Below, in pieces: positions 1 through 10,517 of a stretch of DNA of 64,000 bases. The notes beneath the pieces are model-generated. The model was given only the letters and a program-made list of their open reading frames with translations. It searched no databases and had not been told where the DNA came from. Both the position numbers and the translations under genes were made by a program. Origin of the DNA: an uncultured Gemmatimonadaceae bacterium. GTDB taxonomy: Bacteria; Gemmatimonadota; Gemmatimonadetes; Gemmatimonadales; Gemmatimonadaceae. How positions within the stretch are numbered: position 1 is the first letter of the stretch; each line of letters starts with the position of its first letter. Where the stretch lies: the NCBI GenBank assembly GCA_963843845.1, contig CAWJMB010000001.1:1-64000 (forward strand), written 5' to 3'.

Positions 1-238
1 ACGGCTCGGACTTGTAGTGGATCTCTTTTTTGCAACGTTGCGGTCTTCGTATACGCAAGCGGGACCGGATCGCAATAGATCGCTGATTTCGCCGGATCAC
101 AGGCCGCGGCGGCGCACAAGGGTGACCATGCGCCGAAAAGCTTTCGGCCGAGCTGTCATTCGTCGAGGAGGGCGCCGAAGGTAGCGCAGCTCTACGGCGC
201 CCGGACGGCTGAACCCGCGCTGGTCGCACCCAGCTGAC

Positions 239-266
239 CGAACCGCCGGAACACCCGGGCGGTTCG
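239..266 (-). terminator. GC-rich hairpin just downstream of the PEP-CTERM gene
   Basis: CGAACCGCC (239-247) and GGCGGTTCG (258-266) form a perfect 9-bp inverted repeat; no U-tract. Confidence 0.4.
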
Positions 267-279
267 CCCCCGCACTTCC

Positions 280-948
280 TCAGCCCACTCGCCTGCGCCG
301 CCGAGCCGCCGCGCCGATCGCGCTCAACCCCGCGGCCACGAGCGCCCACGTGCCCGGCTCGGGCACGGCGGTCACCGCGGGACTGAAGGTCGCGGCGAAG
401 GCGTAGTCGTTGCTCGCCCCGAACGCCTGAGTGAGCGTGAGTCCGGCCGGCGTGTTCGACGTGCTCGACGTGCTACTGAACTCATACCCGGCGCCCTGCG
501 CGTACGGGTTGTCGCTCCGAAGGCCCGCGTAGATGGAGGCGGCCGACGTCGGCGGCGTGTACGTGAGCGTGAAGATGTAATCCGTCGACGCCACCAGGGT
601 CGCGTCGAAGGTGAACGTCGAGACGACCGTACTGCTCACGGTGACCGGCGCGAACCCCGACGCGGCCGAGGCGACTTCGGTGCCGACGACGCGCGTGGCG
701 GGGTTGAACGTGAAGACGCGCGCGAAGAAGGGCACGTTCGCCACGCTCGCCCCCGCGGCGAACTGAAACTGCGTCAGCCGCACGTTCGTCGCGTCGGGCA
801 CCCGGAACGACTCGGCGTAGGTGAACGTGCTGTATCCGCCCGGCGTCGACGTTCCGAAGGCCGGGAGCGCGTTCACGGTGACCTGCCCGTGCAGTGGTGC
901 GCCCAGGAGCCCGACCGCGAGTGCGGAGGCGATTCGGATCACGCGCAT
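280..948 (-). CDS. PEP-CTERM sorting-domain surface protein
   Basis: N-terminal signal peptide MRVIRIASALAVG; C-terminal VPEPGTWALVAAGL, hydrophobic helix and RRRRR tail; Ser/Thr-rich body. Confidence 0.92.
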   Translation of the reverse strand: MRVIRIASALAVGLLGAPLHGQVTVNALPAFGTSTPGGYSTFTYAESFRVPDATNVRLTQFQFAAGASVANVPFFARVFTFNPATRVVGTEVASAASGFAPVTVSSTVVSTFTFDATLVASTDYIFTLTYTPPTSAASIYAGLRSDNPYAQGAGYEFSSTSSTSNTPAGLTLTQAFGASNDYAFAATFSPAVTAVPEPGTWALVAAGLSAIGAAARRRRRVG

Positions 949-1012
949 GACGGTCACCTTCGATGGGTGGGAGTCGCGCCCTTTCTCCCGGGACGGGCGG
1001 AGGGCGCGCGGG

Positions 1013-1041
1013 AGCATACGACGCCGACTCCCGCGTCACAA
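1013..1041 (-). promoter_or_regulatory. sigma70-like promoter for the PEP-CTERM gene
   Basis: TTGTGA-17 bp-TATGCT on the minus strand, about 65 nt upstream of the ATG. Confidence 0.5.
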
Positions 1042-1063
1042 GCGTGAGCCGCGCCGGGGGCGG

Positions 1064-1133
1064 CGGACGCGCTCGACGCGCTCGGACGCGCTCGGACGCG
1101 CTCGGACGCGCTCGGACGCGCTCGGACGCGCTC
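1064..1133. repeat. 10-bp tandem repeat (CTCGGACGCG)x5 plus degenerate flanking units
   Basis: Directly visible at 1081-1130, partial copies at 1064-1080 and 1131-1133. Confidence 0.95.
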
Positions 1134-1404
1134 ACCGGCGCGCGGCGTCATCGGCCCCGCCGGCGCCCGCCCTACGAGCGCCTCGACGGCCTCGATGGCG
1201 TGCGCGCCGGGTGCGCGCGGACGCGTCCTCGGGCCGCGGCCCGGTCCGTCGCACGACGCGCGAACGTCCGCGACCCGATCGCGTCGCGTTCGCAGTCTCA
1301 GCACGAGTTCTGCGGCGCTCGGTGCGTTCTCGCGGCGCCCTCGGCCGCGCGAGGCGATCGACGGTCTCACGCCGGCGGGCCAGCCCACACGCGTTCGTGG
1401 AGAG

Positions 1405-2097
1405 TCACCGTGGGCGGGAGCTCGTCGCCCCGAGAGCAGCGGGAGTAGGCGTCCCTGTTCGTGCGACTCGGCGTGCGTCGACGAGCGCAAGCGGCTCGCT
1501 GCGAACGACGCGCACTTCAGAGCCGGGGTGCAGTCGGTCGGCGAAGATCGCGAGGTTGTCGTAGGTCGCCGCGCCCTCGTCGGCTGCCCCGGTGATGGCG
1601 GCGGACGGATACCGGATCGCTTCGTAGCCGGCGGCGCGGGCCGCGGTCGCGACGTCCTGACACCGCGCGTAGTCGTCGGCGGCCAGGTCGTCGCGCGTGA
1701 GGCCCCACGCCGCGCGGACGGCCGCGTCGCACAGATCGAGCACCCGCTCGAGCCGCACGGCGAGCGTCAGCAGCGTCCGTGGCGCGAGCGCGGTGACCGG
1801 GACGCCGAGTTGGTCGCTCCGCCGCCGCAATTCCGCGAGCGCCGTCACGGGAGCGAGCGCCGCGTAGAGCGCGCCGAACTGCCCGCCCGGCGGCGTGAAC
1901 CGTGACGGGAATGCCGCACCGACGCGCACCGTGTCAGCGACGCTCGTGTAGTCCGGGTGGCACTGCCGGAACGCGAAGCCGACATACCGCGGCGCGTCCC
2001 GCACGTCCTGCGCGTCCCCCGTATCGTCGCGGGCGCCGTCATCGCTCGGCGCCGCCGGGATCGGCGGCGGGAGCTCAGACTCGCCGTCGCGCATCAC
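1405..2097 (-). CDS. RES-domain toxin (MbcT/ParT-like)
   Basis: AFR...SRF...GALYAA...ALAE...GYEAIRYPSA...NLAIF motifs with the R, E and S residues; downstream of an Xre antitoxin. Confidence 0.88.
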   Translation of the reverse strand: MMRDGESELPPPIPAAPSDDGARDDTGDAQDVRDAPRYVGFAFRQCHPDYTSVADTVRVGAAFPSRFTPPGGQFGALYAALAPVTALAELRRRSDQLGVPVTALAPRTLLTLAVRLERVLDLCDAAVRAAWGLTRDDLAADDYARCQDVATAARAAGYEAIRYPSAAITGAADEGAATYDNLAIFADRLHPGSEVRVVRSEPLALVDARRVARTGTPTPAALGATSSRPR

Positions 2098-2178
2098 GCA
2101 ACCGGTGCAACCAGTGCGACCGGCGCGATCGTCCGCCGGCGTGCACGCGCGTGAGGGTCGGGCGGCGCGTCGAGCGCG

Positions 2179-2538
2179 TCAGGCGAAGACGCCCGCGTTC
2201 AGCGCGTACAAGACGCCGGTGACACGATCCACATGTCCGGCGAGCACCTGCGCGCGGGGGGTCTCGTCGCGGAACGCCGGCGCCCCGCGGTCCATCCACG
2301 CGACCGCGTCGTCCCAGCGCCGGAACGTGCGCCGCAACTCGTCGACGAATGCCTGCAGCGCGGCGAGCCGCGCGAGATAGACCGGCGACGGCGCGGCGCC
2401 GTTGCCCTTCCGCCACCGGTGGAGCGTGGCCTCGTCCGCGTGGATCGCCCGCGCCAGCTCGCGGTACGTGAAGCCGAGCCGGTCGTGCAGCTCTTCGACG
2501 ACTTCGAGCGGCGACGGGTGCCGAATCGCCTGCGCCAT
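2179..2538 (-). CDS. Xre/MbcA/ParS-type antitoxin
   Basis: N-terminal HTH (ELARAIHADEATLHRW); C-terminal AVAWM...PAFRDETP...V..VL...GVFA toxin-binding domain; GGAGG RBS. Confidence 0.88.
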   Translation of the reverse strand: MAQAIRHPSPLEVVEELHDRLGFTYRELARAIHADEATLHRWRKGNGAAPSPVYLARLAALQAFVDELRRTFRRWDDAVAWMDRGAPAFRDETPRAQVLAGHVDRVTGVLYALNAGVFA

Positions 2539-2601
2539 GACGCCCTCCAGCGGTGTGCGGAGCCGGCGGAACCAGACGTGGGACCGAGCGCCGACGGAGA
2601 T

Positions 2602-2631
2602 AGTGTAGCGACCGATCACTCGCGTATGCAA
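2602..2631 (-). promoter_or_regulatory. sigma70-like promoter of the TA operon
   Basis: TTGCAT-18 bp-TACACT upstream of the antitoxin. Confidence 0.55.
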
Positions 2632-2759
2632 GTTACCGGCACCGCACCCGCTCGCCGAGAACCGAACCCCCGCCGCTCCGCCACCCCTCGTCACTCGTGC
2701 CGACACCCTCTGGCTCGCTCCGCCGTCGTTCGACGTCACGCTTCCGGCCGGGGAGCCTC

Positions 2760-2913
2760 CATCGATCGTGGATCGACACGCCCGCCGAGCGCCGTCCCGT
2801 CGTCGAGCGCTATCTCGCGCTGCGCTCGACGGAACCCGCGGCCCGCACCGCCGAGGGCTACCGGCGTGACCTCACCGCGTTCGTCGCCGCCGACGTCGGC
2901 GACGCGGCCGCGG
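2760..2913 (+). pseudogene. Remnant of a tyrosine recombinase (XerC/D-like) N-terminal domain
   Basis: VVERYLALRS...AARTAEGYRRDLTAF resembles the SAM-like core-binding helix motif; no catalytic domain follows. Confidence 0.45.
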
Positions 2914-4959
2914 CTACCAGATCCGCGCCCTGTCGCCCGGCGCGCGGTACATCCGGTCGCCCGGCTGCACGCCGAACGTGGCGTAGAAGGCATCCATGTG
3001 CGACAGCGGCCCGTTCACGCGGAAGGTCGGGGGGGCGTGCGGATCGGTCTGCACGAGCAGGCGCATCGTGTTGTCGCGCGTCAGTCGCCGCCACGTCTGC
3101 GCGTAGGCGAGGAAGAAGCGCTCGGCCGGGGTGAAGCCGTCGCGCCGCACGTTCGCCGTCGCCTCCGCCGTGCGCTGGTACGCCTCCCACGCGACCGAGA
3201 GCCCGACGTAGTCGGCGAGGTTCTCGCCGAGCGTGAGGGCCCCGTTCACGCGCAGCGAGTCGAGCACGCGGAAGCCGCCGAACTGGTCGACGATCACCTG
3301 CGCCCGTTCCGTGAAGCGCGCGGCGTCCTGCGGCGTCCACCAGTCGCGCATCGCCCCGGTGTGATCGAACAGACGCCCCTGATCGTCGAACAGGTGCACC
3401 AGCTCGTGTCCGATCATCGCGCCGATCTCGGCGTAGTTCACCGCCTCGTCCGCCTCGGTGTCGAACTTCGGCGGCTGGAGGAAGGCAGCCGGGAACGTCA
3501 CCGTCAGCAGGACGCCGTTCGCCAGCGCGTCGACCGTCGTGGGCGAGGCCGTCCACCGGTCCGGATCCACCGCCCTGCCGGCGCGCCTGCGGTCGCGCGC
3601 CCACTGCCACGCCCGCGCCCGCGCCAGATCGCCGAACAGATCGTCGGGCCGGAGCTCGAGCCCCGCGTAGTCCTCCCACACGTCGGGATGGCCGACCTGC
3701 ACGCGGACGGCGGCGAGCTTCCGGAGCGCCTCGTCGCGCGTGGACGGCGACATCCAGTCGAGGGTGCGGATCCGCTCCCGCAACACGCCGCGCAGCTCGT
3801 TCACCATCCGCGTGACGCGCGCCCTCGCCTGCGGCGGGAAGTGCCGCTCGACGTACAGCCGTCCGACGAGCGCGCCGACCTCCTCGCGCACGAGAGCGTT
3901 CGCGACCTGCCAGCGCGGACTCGGCTCCGGCCGACCGTCGACCGCGCGACCGGTCTAGTCGAACTCCGCGGCGCGGAACGGCGCCGAGAGCACCGGCGCC
4001 CAGGCGCGCAGCAGCCGCAGGCGGAGCCGCGCGCGGAGCGCGGCGACGGGCGTGTCGCCGAGCAGCGAGTCGAGCGCGGCCAGGTTCCGCGGCACGATCA
4101 CGACGATCGTGTCGGACGCGAGCCCGGCCGCGCGCATGCGCCGCGCGACGTTCACGCGCGGGTAGGCCCGCGTCAGCGCGGCGACGCTCCGCGGGTTGTT
4201 CAGCTTCGCGAGGTCGCGCCCCTCGGTGGCGTCGGGCGTGGTCGCGGCGAGTCGTGCCTCGAGCGCGAGCTGCTCGCCGGCGATGCGGTCCGCGGCGTCG
4301 GGGGGCGTCCCGCTCAGCGCGAGCAGGCGCGTGAGGTAGCCGCGGTACGCCTGCCGGAGCGCGACGGTCGCGGTGTCCTGCTGCGTGTAGTAGGGCGCGT
4401 CGGGGAGGCCCAGCTCGGGCGCGTCGAGATAGATCCTGTAGACCGTCGGGCGCAGCAGGTCCGGCATCACGGAGAATCGGAGCAGCGACCCCCCGTGGAG
4501 CAGCGGCAGATGTCGCTGCTCGAAGGCGAGCAGCGCGTCCACGGTGCGCAGCCGGTCGAGCGAGTCGAGCGTCGGGCGCAGCGGAGCGAGGCCGCGTCGA
4601 TCGAGCGTCGCGGTGTCGAGGGCGGCGCGGTAGAGGGCGCCGACCCGCGCCGTCACCGAGCCGCGCGGGCCGGGGTGCGCCGCCGCGTCGTCGAGGATCC
4701 GCCGGACCTGCTGCGCGGTCACGTACGCCATCGACGAATAGGTGCCCCACACCGCGCGGTCGTCCGGGATCCCCGTGGCGCGCGCCCACCGGCCGTTCGC
4801 GTAGGCGTAGAAGTCGTCTCCCGGGCGAACGGTGCGGTCCATCCCCGCGGTGTCGAGCCCCCGGCGGACCGTCCCCGGCACGCTCTGGGCGCAGAGGCGC
4901 GGCGCCGCCGTCCAGGCGAGGAGCGCGGCGAGCAGCACGGGAGCGACGGACAGGCGCAT
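2914..4959 (-). CDS. M13 family zinc metallopeptidase (PepO/neprilysin-like), interrupted by an in-frame TAG at 3955-3957
   Basis: Signal peptide; PGDDFYAYANGRW, HELVH, GENLAD and DPHAP motifs; both ORF halves are in the same frame. Confidence 0.88.
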
Positions 4960-5238
4960 GGCGGGGATCGGGAGACGGGCGGGCGGAGCGATCATCGCGG
5001 AGGCGAGCCCGCGGACCGCCGGTGGAGAAACGCGCCGCACGCGAGGACCGACCGCTGCTCCGTCGGGAAATCTGCGAGCGGGCGATCCGGCGCGCGAGCC
5101 GGCGGCGCGCCACACGATCGCGAGGGCGGCGGCGACTCGGCTGGCCGTCGTACCGCGTCCTCGCCTGGCGGCGGCGCAGGCGATCGTTCGCCGACGGGCC
5201 AACGCGCGACCGGCCGCGGCGCTATCGTCCACTGCATC

Positions 5239-5478
5239 ATGACCTCCGACCCCTCACACGACCAGGCGAGCAACCTCGCCGAGCTCCGGGCGATCGCCGA
5301 CCGCCTCGGCCTGGCGGCCGTCGCTCCCGGCGAGCGCGCGGCGCGGCTCCGCGCCCACCCCGAGGCCCCGACGTTCCTCGCGCGCCTTCGCCGGAGCGGC
5401 CTCTCGGACGCCGAGGTGGCGGCGGCGTTGCTCGACGTGCCCCCGCGTGGCGGGCCGCCCGGCGACGATCGTCCCTAG
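5239..5478 (+). CDS. Small hypothetical protein (79 aa)
   Basis: ATG-TAG ORF with protein-like composition and GC-rich third positions. Confidence 0.5.
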   Translation: MTSDPSHDQASNLAELRAIADRLGLAAVAPGERAARLRAHPEAPTFLARLRRSGLSDAEVAAALLDVPPRGGPPGDDRP

Positions 5479-5792
5479 GCTGCGCGCAGGCGAGCGACGG
5501 CGACGGCGCCGCGAGCGTCCGACGGCCGGCCGTTCACGATGAGCGGCTTCGGCTCGGACCAGGGCGGGCTCGTCGCGAAGTGGACCGCGGCCGCCTCGAC
5601 GCGCTCTGGCACCGCGCGAGCTGCGGCGCCGGCGGCCGGGTCGGCGTCAGCGCATCGCGTTCGTCACTCTCTCGGTGCGCCGAACGTTGACAACGGAGGC
5701 GCGCGACCGTTAGTCAGAAGTCGCGCCGCGCCGGGCGTGGCACGACCCGCCGGCGTCGCGGTCGATTCCCCTCTGTCGCCACGGAGCTCGTC

Positions 5793-6875
5793 ATGACGCG
5801 TTCGCTCGCGAAGCCCCTCGCCACGCTCGTCGCCGCGGCGGCGCTCGCCGCGCTCCCGCGAGTCGCCGCCGCCCAGGGGCGCTGCGGCGGCGAGCGAGCC
5901 GGCACCCCGGCCTGCGACACGACGCCTGCGAGGGCGCCGTTCGCGCCGACCGGGCTCAGGACCGTCGCGCTCGACCACTTCTCGATGCAGGCCGCCGACT
6001 ACAGGAAGGAGGCGGCGTTCTACGCGACGCTCATGAACTGGCGCGTCGTGAGCGACGACGGCACGAAGGCGGTGCTCGACGCCGGCGACGTCGGGCGCGT
6101 GATCATCCGGGGCGGCTACGAGACGCCGCCGCCGCCGCCGCCGCCGACCGCCGCCGACAGCGCCGCGGGGCGCGCCCGCTTCGCGCGTCCGCCGCGGAGC
6201 GTCGTGTGGGACGGGATGGCGTGGGTCGTCGCGCCGTGGAACGCGAAGAGGGTCGAGGCGGCGCTCCGCGAGCGCGGGCTGAATCCCGTCGCCGAGAACG
6301 ACGGCATGGGGTTCGAGAGCTTTCACGTGAAGGACCCCGACGGCTTCGACGTGCAGCTCACCAACGGCGCGCACCGCCGCGTGCGCAAGGACGCCCCGCC
6401 GAGCGCGCCGCTTCCCGCCGCGGCGCCGTTCGAGAAGACGGCGTGGACGACGGTCTGGCTCGACCACATCTCGTTCGGCGTCACGAACTACAAGGAGAGC
6501 GCCGCCTTCTATCAGGCGCTGCTCGGCTGGCGGCCGACCGGCGACGAGGGGAGCCAGAACGAGCTGTGGATCGGAGACATCGGCAACATTCTCGTGCGCG
6601 GCGGCAACCCGCTCGCGCCGGGCTTCACGATGCCGGCGACCCGCCGCGCGCAGATGGACCACGTCTCGTTCGGCATCTCGCCGTGGGACACCGACGGCGT
6701 GAAGGCGGCGCTCGACCAGCGCGGGCTGACGGGGCGCGCCGACACGGGTGGCAAGGGCGACATCCACGATCCTGCGGCGACGTACAAGAGCTACCACACG
6801 ACGACGCCCGCCGGATACGACTTGCAGATCAGCAACGCGTCGAAGTCGAACCGGACACTCCCGACCACGCCGTGA
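5793..6875 (+). CDS. Secreted VOC/glyoxalase-family protein with tandem domains
   Basis: Signal peptide; repeated LDHFS/LDHIS, FY..LLGW and DPDGFDVQ motifs. Confidence 0.85.
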   Translation: MTRSLAKPLATLVAAAALAALPRVAAAQGRCGGERAGTPACDTTPARAPFAPTGLRTVALDHFSMQAADYRKEAAFYATLMNWRVVSDDGTKAVLDAGDVGRVIIRGGYETPPPPPPPTAADSAAGRARFARPPRSVVWDGMAWVVAPWNAKRVEAALRERGLNPVAENDGMGFESFHVKDPDGFDVQLTNGAHRRVRKDAPPSAPLPAAAPFEKTAWTTVWLDHISFGVTNYKESAAFYQALLGWRPTGDEGSQNELWIGDIGNILVRGGNPLAPGFTMPATRRAQMDHVSFGISPWDTDGVKAALDQRGLTGRADTGGKGDIHDPAATYKSYHTTTPAGYDLQISNASKSNRTLPTTP

Positions 6876-7822
6876 CCGGTCCGCGCCGCGTGGTCGTCGG
6901 TGCCGGGGCGCACGCGCGGCTCGTCGAGGGGCTGCGCGCGCACCGCCCGACCTTCGAGTTCCGGGGCGCGCCGTACACGGCGGTCTCGGCCGACGACCTC
7001 GCGTGGGCGGACACGTACGTCGGCTTCAAGCGCCCGCCGCTGCCGACGATGGGGAGCGTACGATGGGTGCACTGCACCGGCGCCGGCGTCGACGCGTGGC
7101 TCGAGCCGGCGGCCGGCCAGGAGCCGCTGCCGGACGATCTGCTGCTCACCCGCACGTCCGAGTCGTTCGGCCCCGCGATCGCGGAGTGGGCGCTGGCGCG
7201 GGCGCTCGCGGTGCGGCAGCAGTTGCTCGCGCTCGCCGACGATCAGCGAGCGCGCCGGTGGGCGGCGCGCGAGATCACCACGGTGCGTGGGACGCGCGCG
7301 GTCGTCGTCGGCACCGGCGACGTCGGCACACACGTCGCGCGGCTGTTCGCCGCGTCGGGCGCCGAGGTCCATGGCGTGTCGCGGTCCGGGGGCGGCGACC
7401 CCGCGGTCTTCGCGTCCACGTCGCCGGTCTCGGCGCTGCGCGAGCTGGTGCCTGACGCCGACTGGCTCATCGTCACGCTGCCGCTGACGCCGGAGACGCG
7501 TGGGCTGATCGGGCGCGACGTGTTGGGCGCCTGCCGCGGCGCGTTGCTCATGAACGCGGGACGCGGCGCCGTCGTCGACGAGGCGCTGCTCCCCGAGGCG
7601 CTCGACCGGGGGTGGCTCGCCGGCGCCGCGCTCGACGTGTTCGCGACGGAGCCGCTGCCGCCCGACTCGCCGCTGTGGGACGACCGGCGCGTCATGATCT
7701 CGCCCCACCTCTCCGGCCCGACGACGATCGAGGGCGCGGTGGACGGCTTCCTCGAGTGCCTCACGGCGATCGAGCGCGGGGAGCGGCCCGCGCGCGCCGT
7801 CGACCGCGCGCGGGGCTACTGA
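6872..7822 (+). CDS. D-2-hydroxyacid dehydrogenase family protein
   Basis: GAGVD, GTGDVG, LPLTPET, NAGRG, LDVF..EPL and SPH motifs; GTGA overlap with the upstream gene. Confidence 0.92.
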   Translation: MTGPRRVVVGAGAHARLVEGLRAHRPTFEFRGAPYTAVSADDLAWADTYVGFKRPPLPTMGSVRWVHCTGAGVDAWLEPAAGQEPLPDDLLLTRTSESFGPAIAEWALARALAVRQQLLALADDQRARRWAAREITTVRGTRAVVVGTGDVGTHVARLFAASGAEVHGVSRSGGGDPAVFASTSPVSALRELVPDADWLIVTLPLTPETRGLIGRDVLGACRGALLMNAGRGAVVDEALLPEALDRGWLAGAALDVFATEPLPPDSPLWDDRRVMISPHLSGPTTIEGAVDGFLECLTAIERGERPARAVDRARGY

Positions 7823-7832
7823 CCGCGAGCCG

Positions 7833-10403
7833 CTACCGGTCCTGACCGGTGCCCACCGACGTCGTCGTGGGCGCCGGCGCGCGCTTCACGTAGCGATCGA
7901 ACCAGTCGATCCACCGCGCCCAGCGGTCGAGGTTGTTCTCGATGGCGCGCGGCGTGTGCGACTCGTACGGGTAGACGTAGAGCGCCGCCGTCTTGCCCAA
8001 CGCCGTCAGCGCCTGCATGAAGCGCTCGGACTGCAGGAGCCACGTCCCGGTGTTGTTGTCGTCGCCGCCGTGGTAGAGCAGGATCGGCGCGCGGATCTGG
8101 TCGGCCACGAAGAACGGCGACATCTCCATGTACGTGCTCTGCGCGCCCCAGATGTTGCGCGATTCCGCCTGGAAGCCGGTCGGGGTGAGCGAGCGGTTGT
8201 ACGCGCCGTCGCCAGCGATGCCGGCGCGGAAGAAGGGCGTGTGCGCGAGCAGGTTCGCCGTCGCGAACGCGCCGTAGCTGTGTCCCCCGTGCCCGATCCG
8301 GTCCATGTCGACGACGCCGAGCTTCTCGACGGCGCGCATGGCACCGTACATCGCGTCTGTCATCGCCGAGAGGTAGGTGTCGTTGTAGTTCTCGCCGATG
8401 ATCGGGATGTCGGGGTAGACGAGCGCGTACCCCTGCGTCAGCCACAGCTCCGACCACCGCATCCAGGTGAGCTGCGTGAACGCGTTGCGATTGCGGGCGC
8501 GGAGCGCGGCGCGCGTGTAGCCGTCGGTCGAGGTGAACTCGCGCGGGTACGTCCAGAACACCGCCGGGACCTTGTCGCCGTCCTTGTAGCCTAACGGCAG
8601 CGCGATGTTGCCCTGGACCTCGATGCCGTCCTGCCGCTTGAACGTGAAGTCCATGCGGCGCGCCGCGGCGAGCTCGGGGAACGGGTTGGCGTTGCGCGTG
8701 AGGTTCGTGAGCGTGCCGCCGGGCGCCCACAGGTAGCTGTCCGGGAAGAGCGTGCGGCTCTCGCGCGCGACGATCATCTGTCGGAGATCGCGGTCGAGCG
8801 CGACGAGCGGGCGGTCCCACGTGTCGGCGGGGCTCTGGAAGAGCCGCGTGCGCGTCGTGTCGGCGAGCGAGACGCGGTCGACGAACGGGCGCGGCTTGTA
8901 GTCGCGGGCGAGGCCGTCGCCGCGGAGGTACGGGTCGCCGCCGCTCGACACGATGGCGTACGCGATGCCGTTCGGCGTCGCGTCGGTCCAGAGATCGCCG
9001 GGCGCGCCGAAGAGGCTGTCCGGGTGACTGAAGCCGACGACGATGCGGCGCGGCGCGGGCGTTCCGTTCTGCGGCGCGCCGCGCACCTCCCACGTCGCGA
9101 TCGCGCGGCGCCCGGCGCGCGTGACGGTGCCGAACAGCCGGCCGCCGTCGCGCGTGAACTGCGCGCTCGCGATCGGGTCGTCGCTCGTCGCGAGCACCGT
9201 CGCCTTCGCGGTGTCGAACGGCGCGGCGAGCAGCATCACCTGGTCGGGCGCCGTCGGGCCGCCCGCGGCGCGCTTGAGGTAGACGAGCCCCGCGCCGGCC
9301 GGATGCCACGCGAGCGAGCGCAGCGCGCCCCCCGCCCCGCCGCCGCCCCCTCCCTCGCCGCCCCCTTCCCGCAGCGCGCGCCGATCGAGCATGGCGACCA
9401 CCGCGCCGCTCCGGTCGAGCACCGCACTCTGTCGCGGAAAGCCCTGCCAGCTCGTGATGAACGAGAATGGCGTCTCGACCCACCGCGCGAGCAGGTGCCG
9501 GCCGTCCGCGCTCAGTGCGATCGACTCGTACATGCGTGGCTCGCCTAACGCTTTCGGCGCGCGTCCCGGCGCCAGCTCGACGAGCTGGGCGCGCGTGTAG
9601 TGCTCGAACAGCGCGGCGTCGTGCGGGTCGCGCAGCAGGTTCGAGAAGGTGCGCGTCGACGTCGCCGTGGGGCGCGACAGCCGCACGGTCGGTCCGCCCG
9701 GCACACGCGCCTCGACGGGCTCGGGGCCACGGCCGGCCGGCACCATGAGGGAGAGCAGTGTGCCCTCGGGGGTCCACTGCAGCATGCGCGACGGCCGCAT
9801 CTCGACTTCGGGCGCGATGTCGATCTGCGCCGACGTGCCGATCGTGGCCAGGATGCGCGCCCCGCTCACGCGCTGCGCCCGACCGGTCGCCGACTCGGCC
9901 GTCCACACCTCCGTGCCGTTCGGCAGGTGCGCCAGGAACGCGACTCTCGATCCGTCGGGCGACCACATCGGGTCGCTCACGAAGGTCTTCGCGGGGAGCG
10001 CGACGTCGCGCAGGCGGCGCTCCTGCATGTCGTAGATCTGGAGCGCGCGAATCCCGTAGGTGTCCAGATGCCAGAGCCGATCGGTCGCCGGGCGGAGCTC
10101 GAGCTCCGCCAGTCGATAGGTCGGCCGCGACATCAGCTCGAGCGTCGAGAGCTGCGTCGCGCGCGGAACGAGGAAGTAGCGCCCGCCGGGCGCCGGCGCG
10201 TCGAGGATCGCGTAGCTGTTGTCGCGCGTGAAGTACTCGGCGATCGGCGCCGGGGGCTGGATGTATCTCGCGTCGCTCTCCTGCTGCGCGACCTGTTCGG
10301 CCGTGACGCGCGCCGGACGCTGTGCGACGGCGGGGAGCGGGGCGACGAGCGCGACGGCGAGCAGGGCGAGCCGGGTCGGCGTCTGGTTCACGAGCGGCGG
10401 CAT
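7833..10403 (-). CDS. S9 family (prolyl oligopeptidase-like) serine peptidase, secreted
   Basis: GGHSYG nucleophile, HGGDDNN and YPYESH motifs; propeller-like N-terminal region; signal peptide. Confidence 0.92.
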   Translation of the reverse strand: MPPLVNQTPTRLALLAVALVAPLPAVAQRPARVTAEQVAQQESDARYIQPPAPIAEYFTRDNSYAILDAPAPGGRYFLVPRATQLSTLELMSRPTYRLAELELRPATDRLWHLDTYGIRALQIYDMQERRLRDVALPAKTFVSDPMWSPDGSRVAFLAHLPNGTEVWTAESATGRAQRVSGARILATIGTSAQIDIAPEVEMRPSRMLQWTPEGTLLSLMVPAGRGPEPVEARVPGGPTVRLSRPTATSTRTFSNLLRDPHDAALFEHYTRAQLVELAPGRAPKALGEPRMYESIALSADGRHLLARWVETPFSFITSWQGFPRQSAVLDRSGAVVAMLDRRALREGGGEGGGGGGAGGALRSLAWHPAGAGLVYLKRAAGGPTAPDQVMLLAAPFDTAKATVLATSDDPIASAQFTRDGGRLFGTVTRAGRRAIATWEVRGAPQNGTPAPRRIVVGFSHPDSLFGAPGDLWTDATPNGIAYAIVSSGGDPYLRGDGLARDYKPRPFVDRVSLADTTRTRLFQSPADTWDRPLVALDRDLRQMIVARESRTLFPDSYLWAPGGTLTNLTRNANPFPELAAARRMDFTFKRQDGIEVQGNIALPLGYKDGDKVPAVFWTYPREFTSTDGYTRAALRARNRNAFTQLTWMRWSELWLTQGYALVYPDIPIIGENYNDTYLSAMTDAMYGAMRAVEKLGVVDMDRIGHGGHSYGAFATANLLAHTPFFRAGIAGDGAYNRSLTPTGFQAESRNIWGAQSTYMEMSPFFVADQIRAPILLYHGGDDNNTGTWLLQSERFMQALTALGKTAALYVYPYESHTPRAIENNLDRWARWIDWFDRYVKRAPAPTTTSVGTGQDR

Positions 10404-10517
10404 GTCGGTCTCCGAATCGGTGGGGCGACGAACGCTGCGGCGGAATGCAGCGCCGCGCGCGCCGGCGGTCAAGGGGCCGACGGCCACGTGCGTCGCCGTG
10501 ACGCCGCCACACGACCG

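Noticed and set aside
5475..5690. Possible small minus-strand ORF and a TTGACA at 5687
   Set aside because: No convincing start codon or family similarity, and the matching -10 element is weak.
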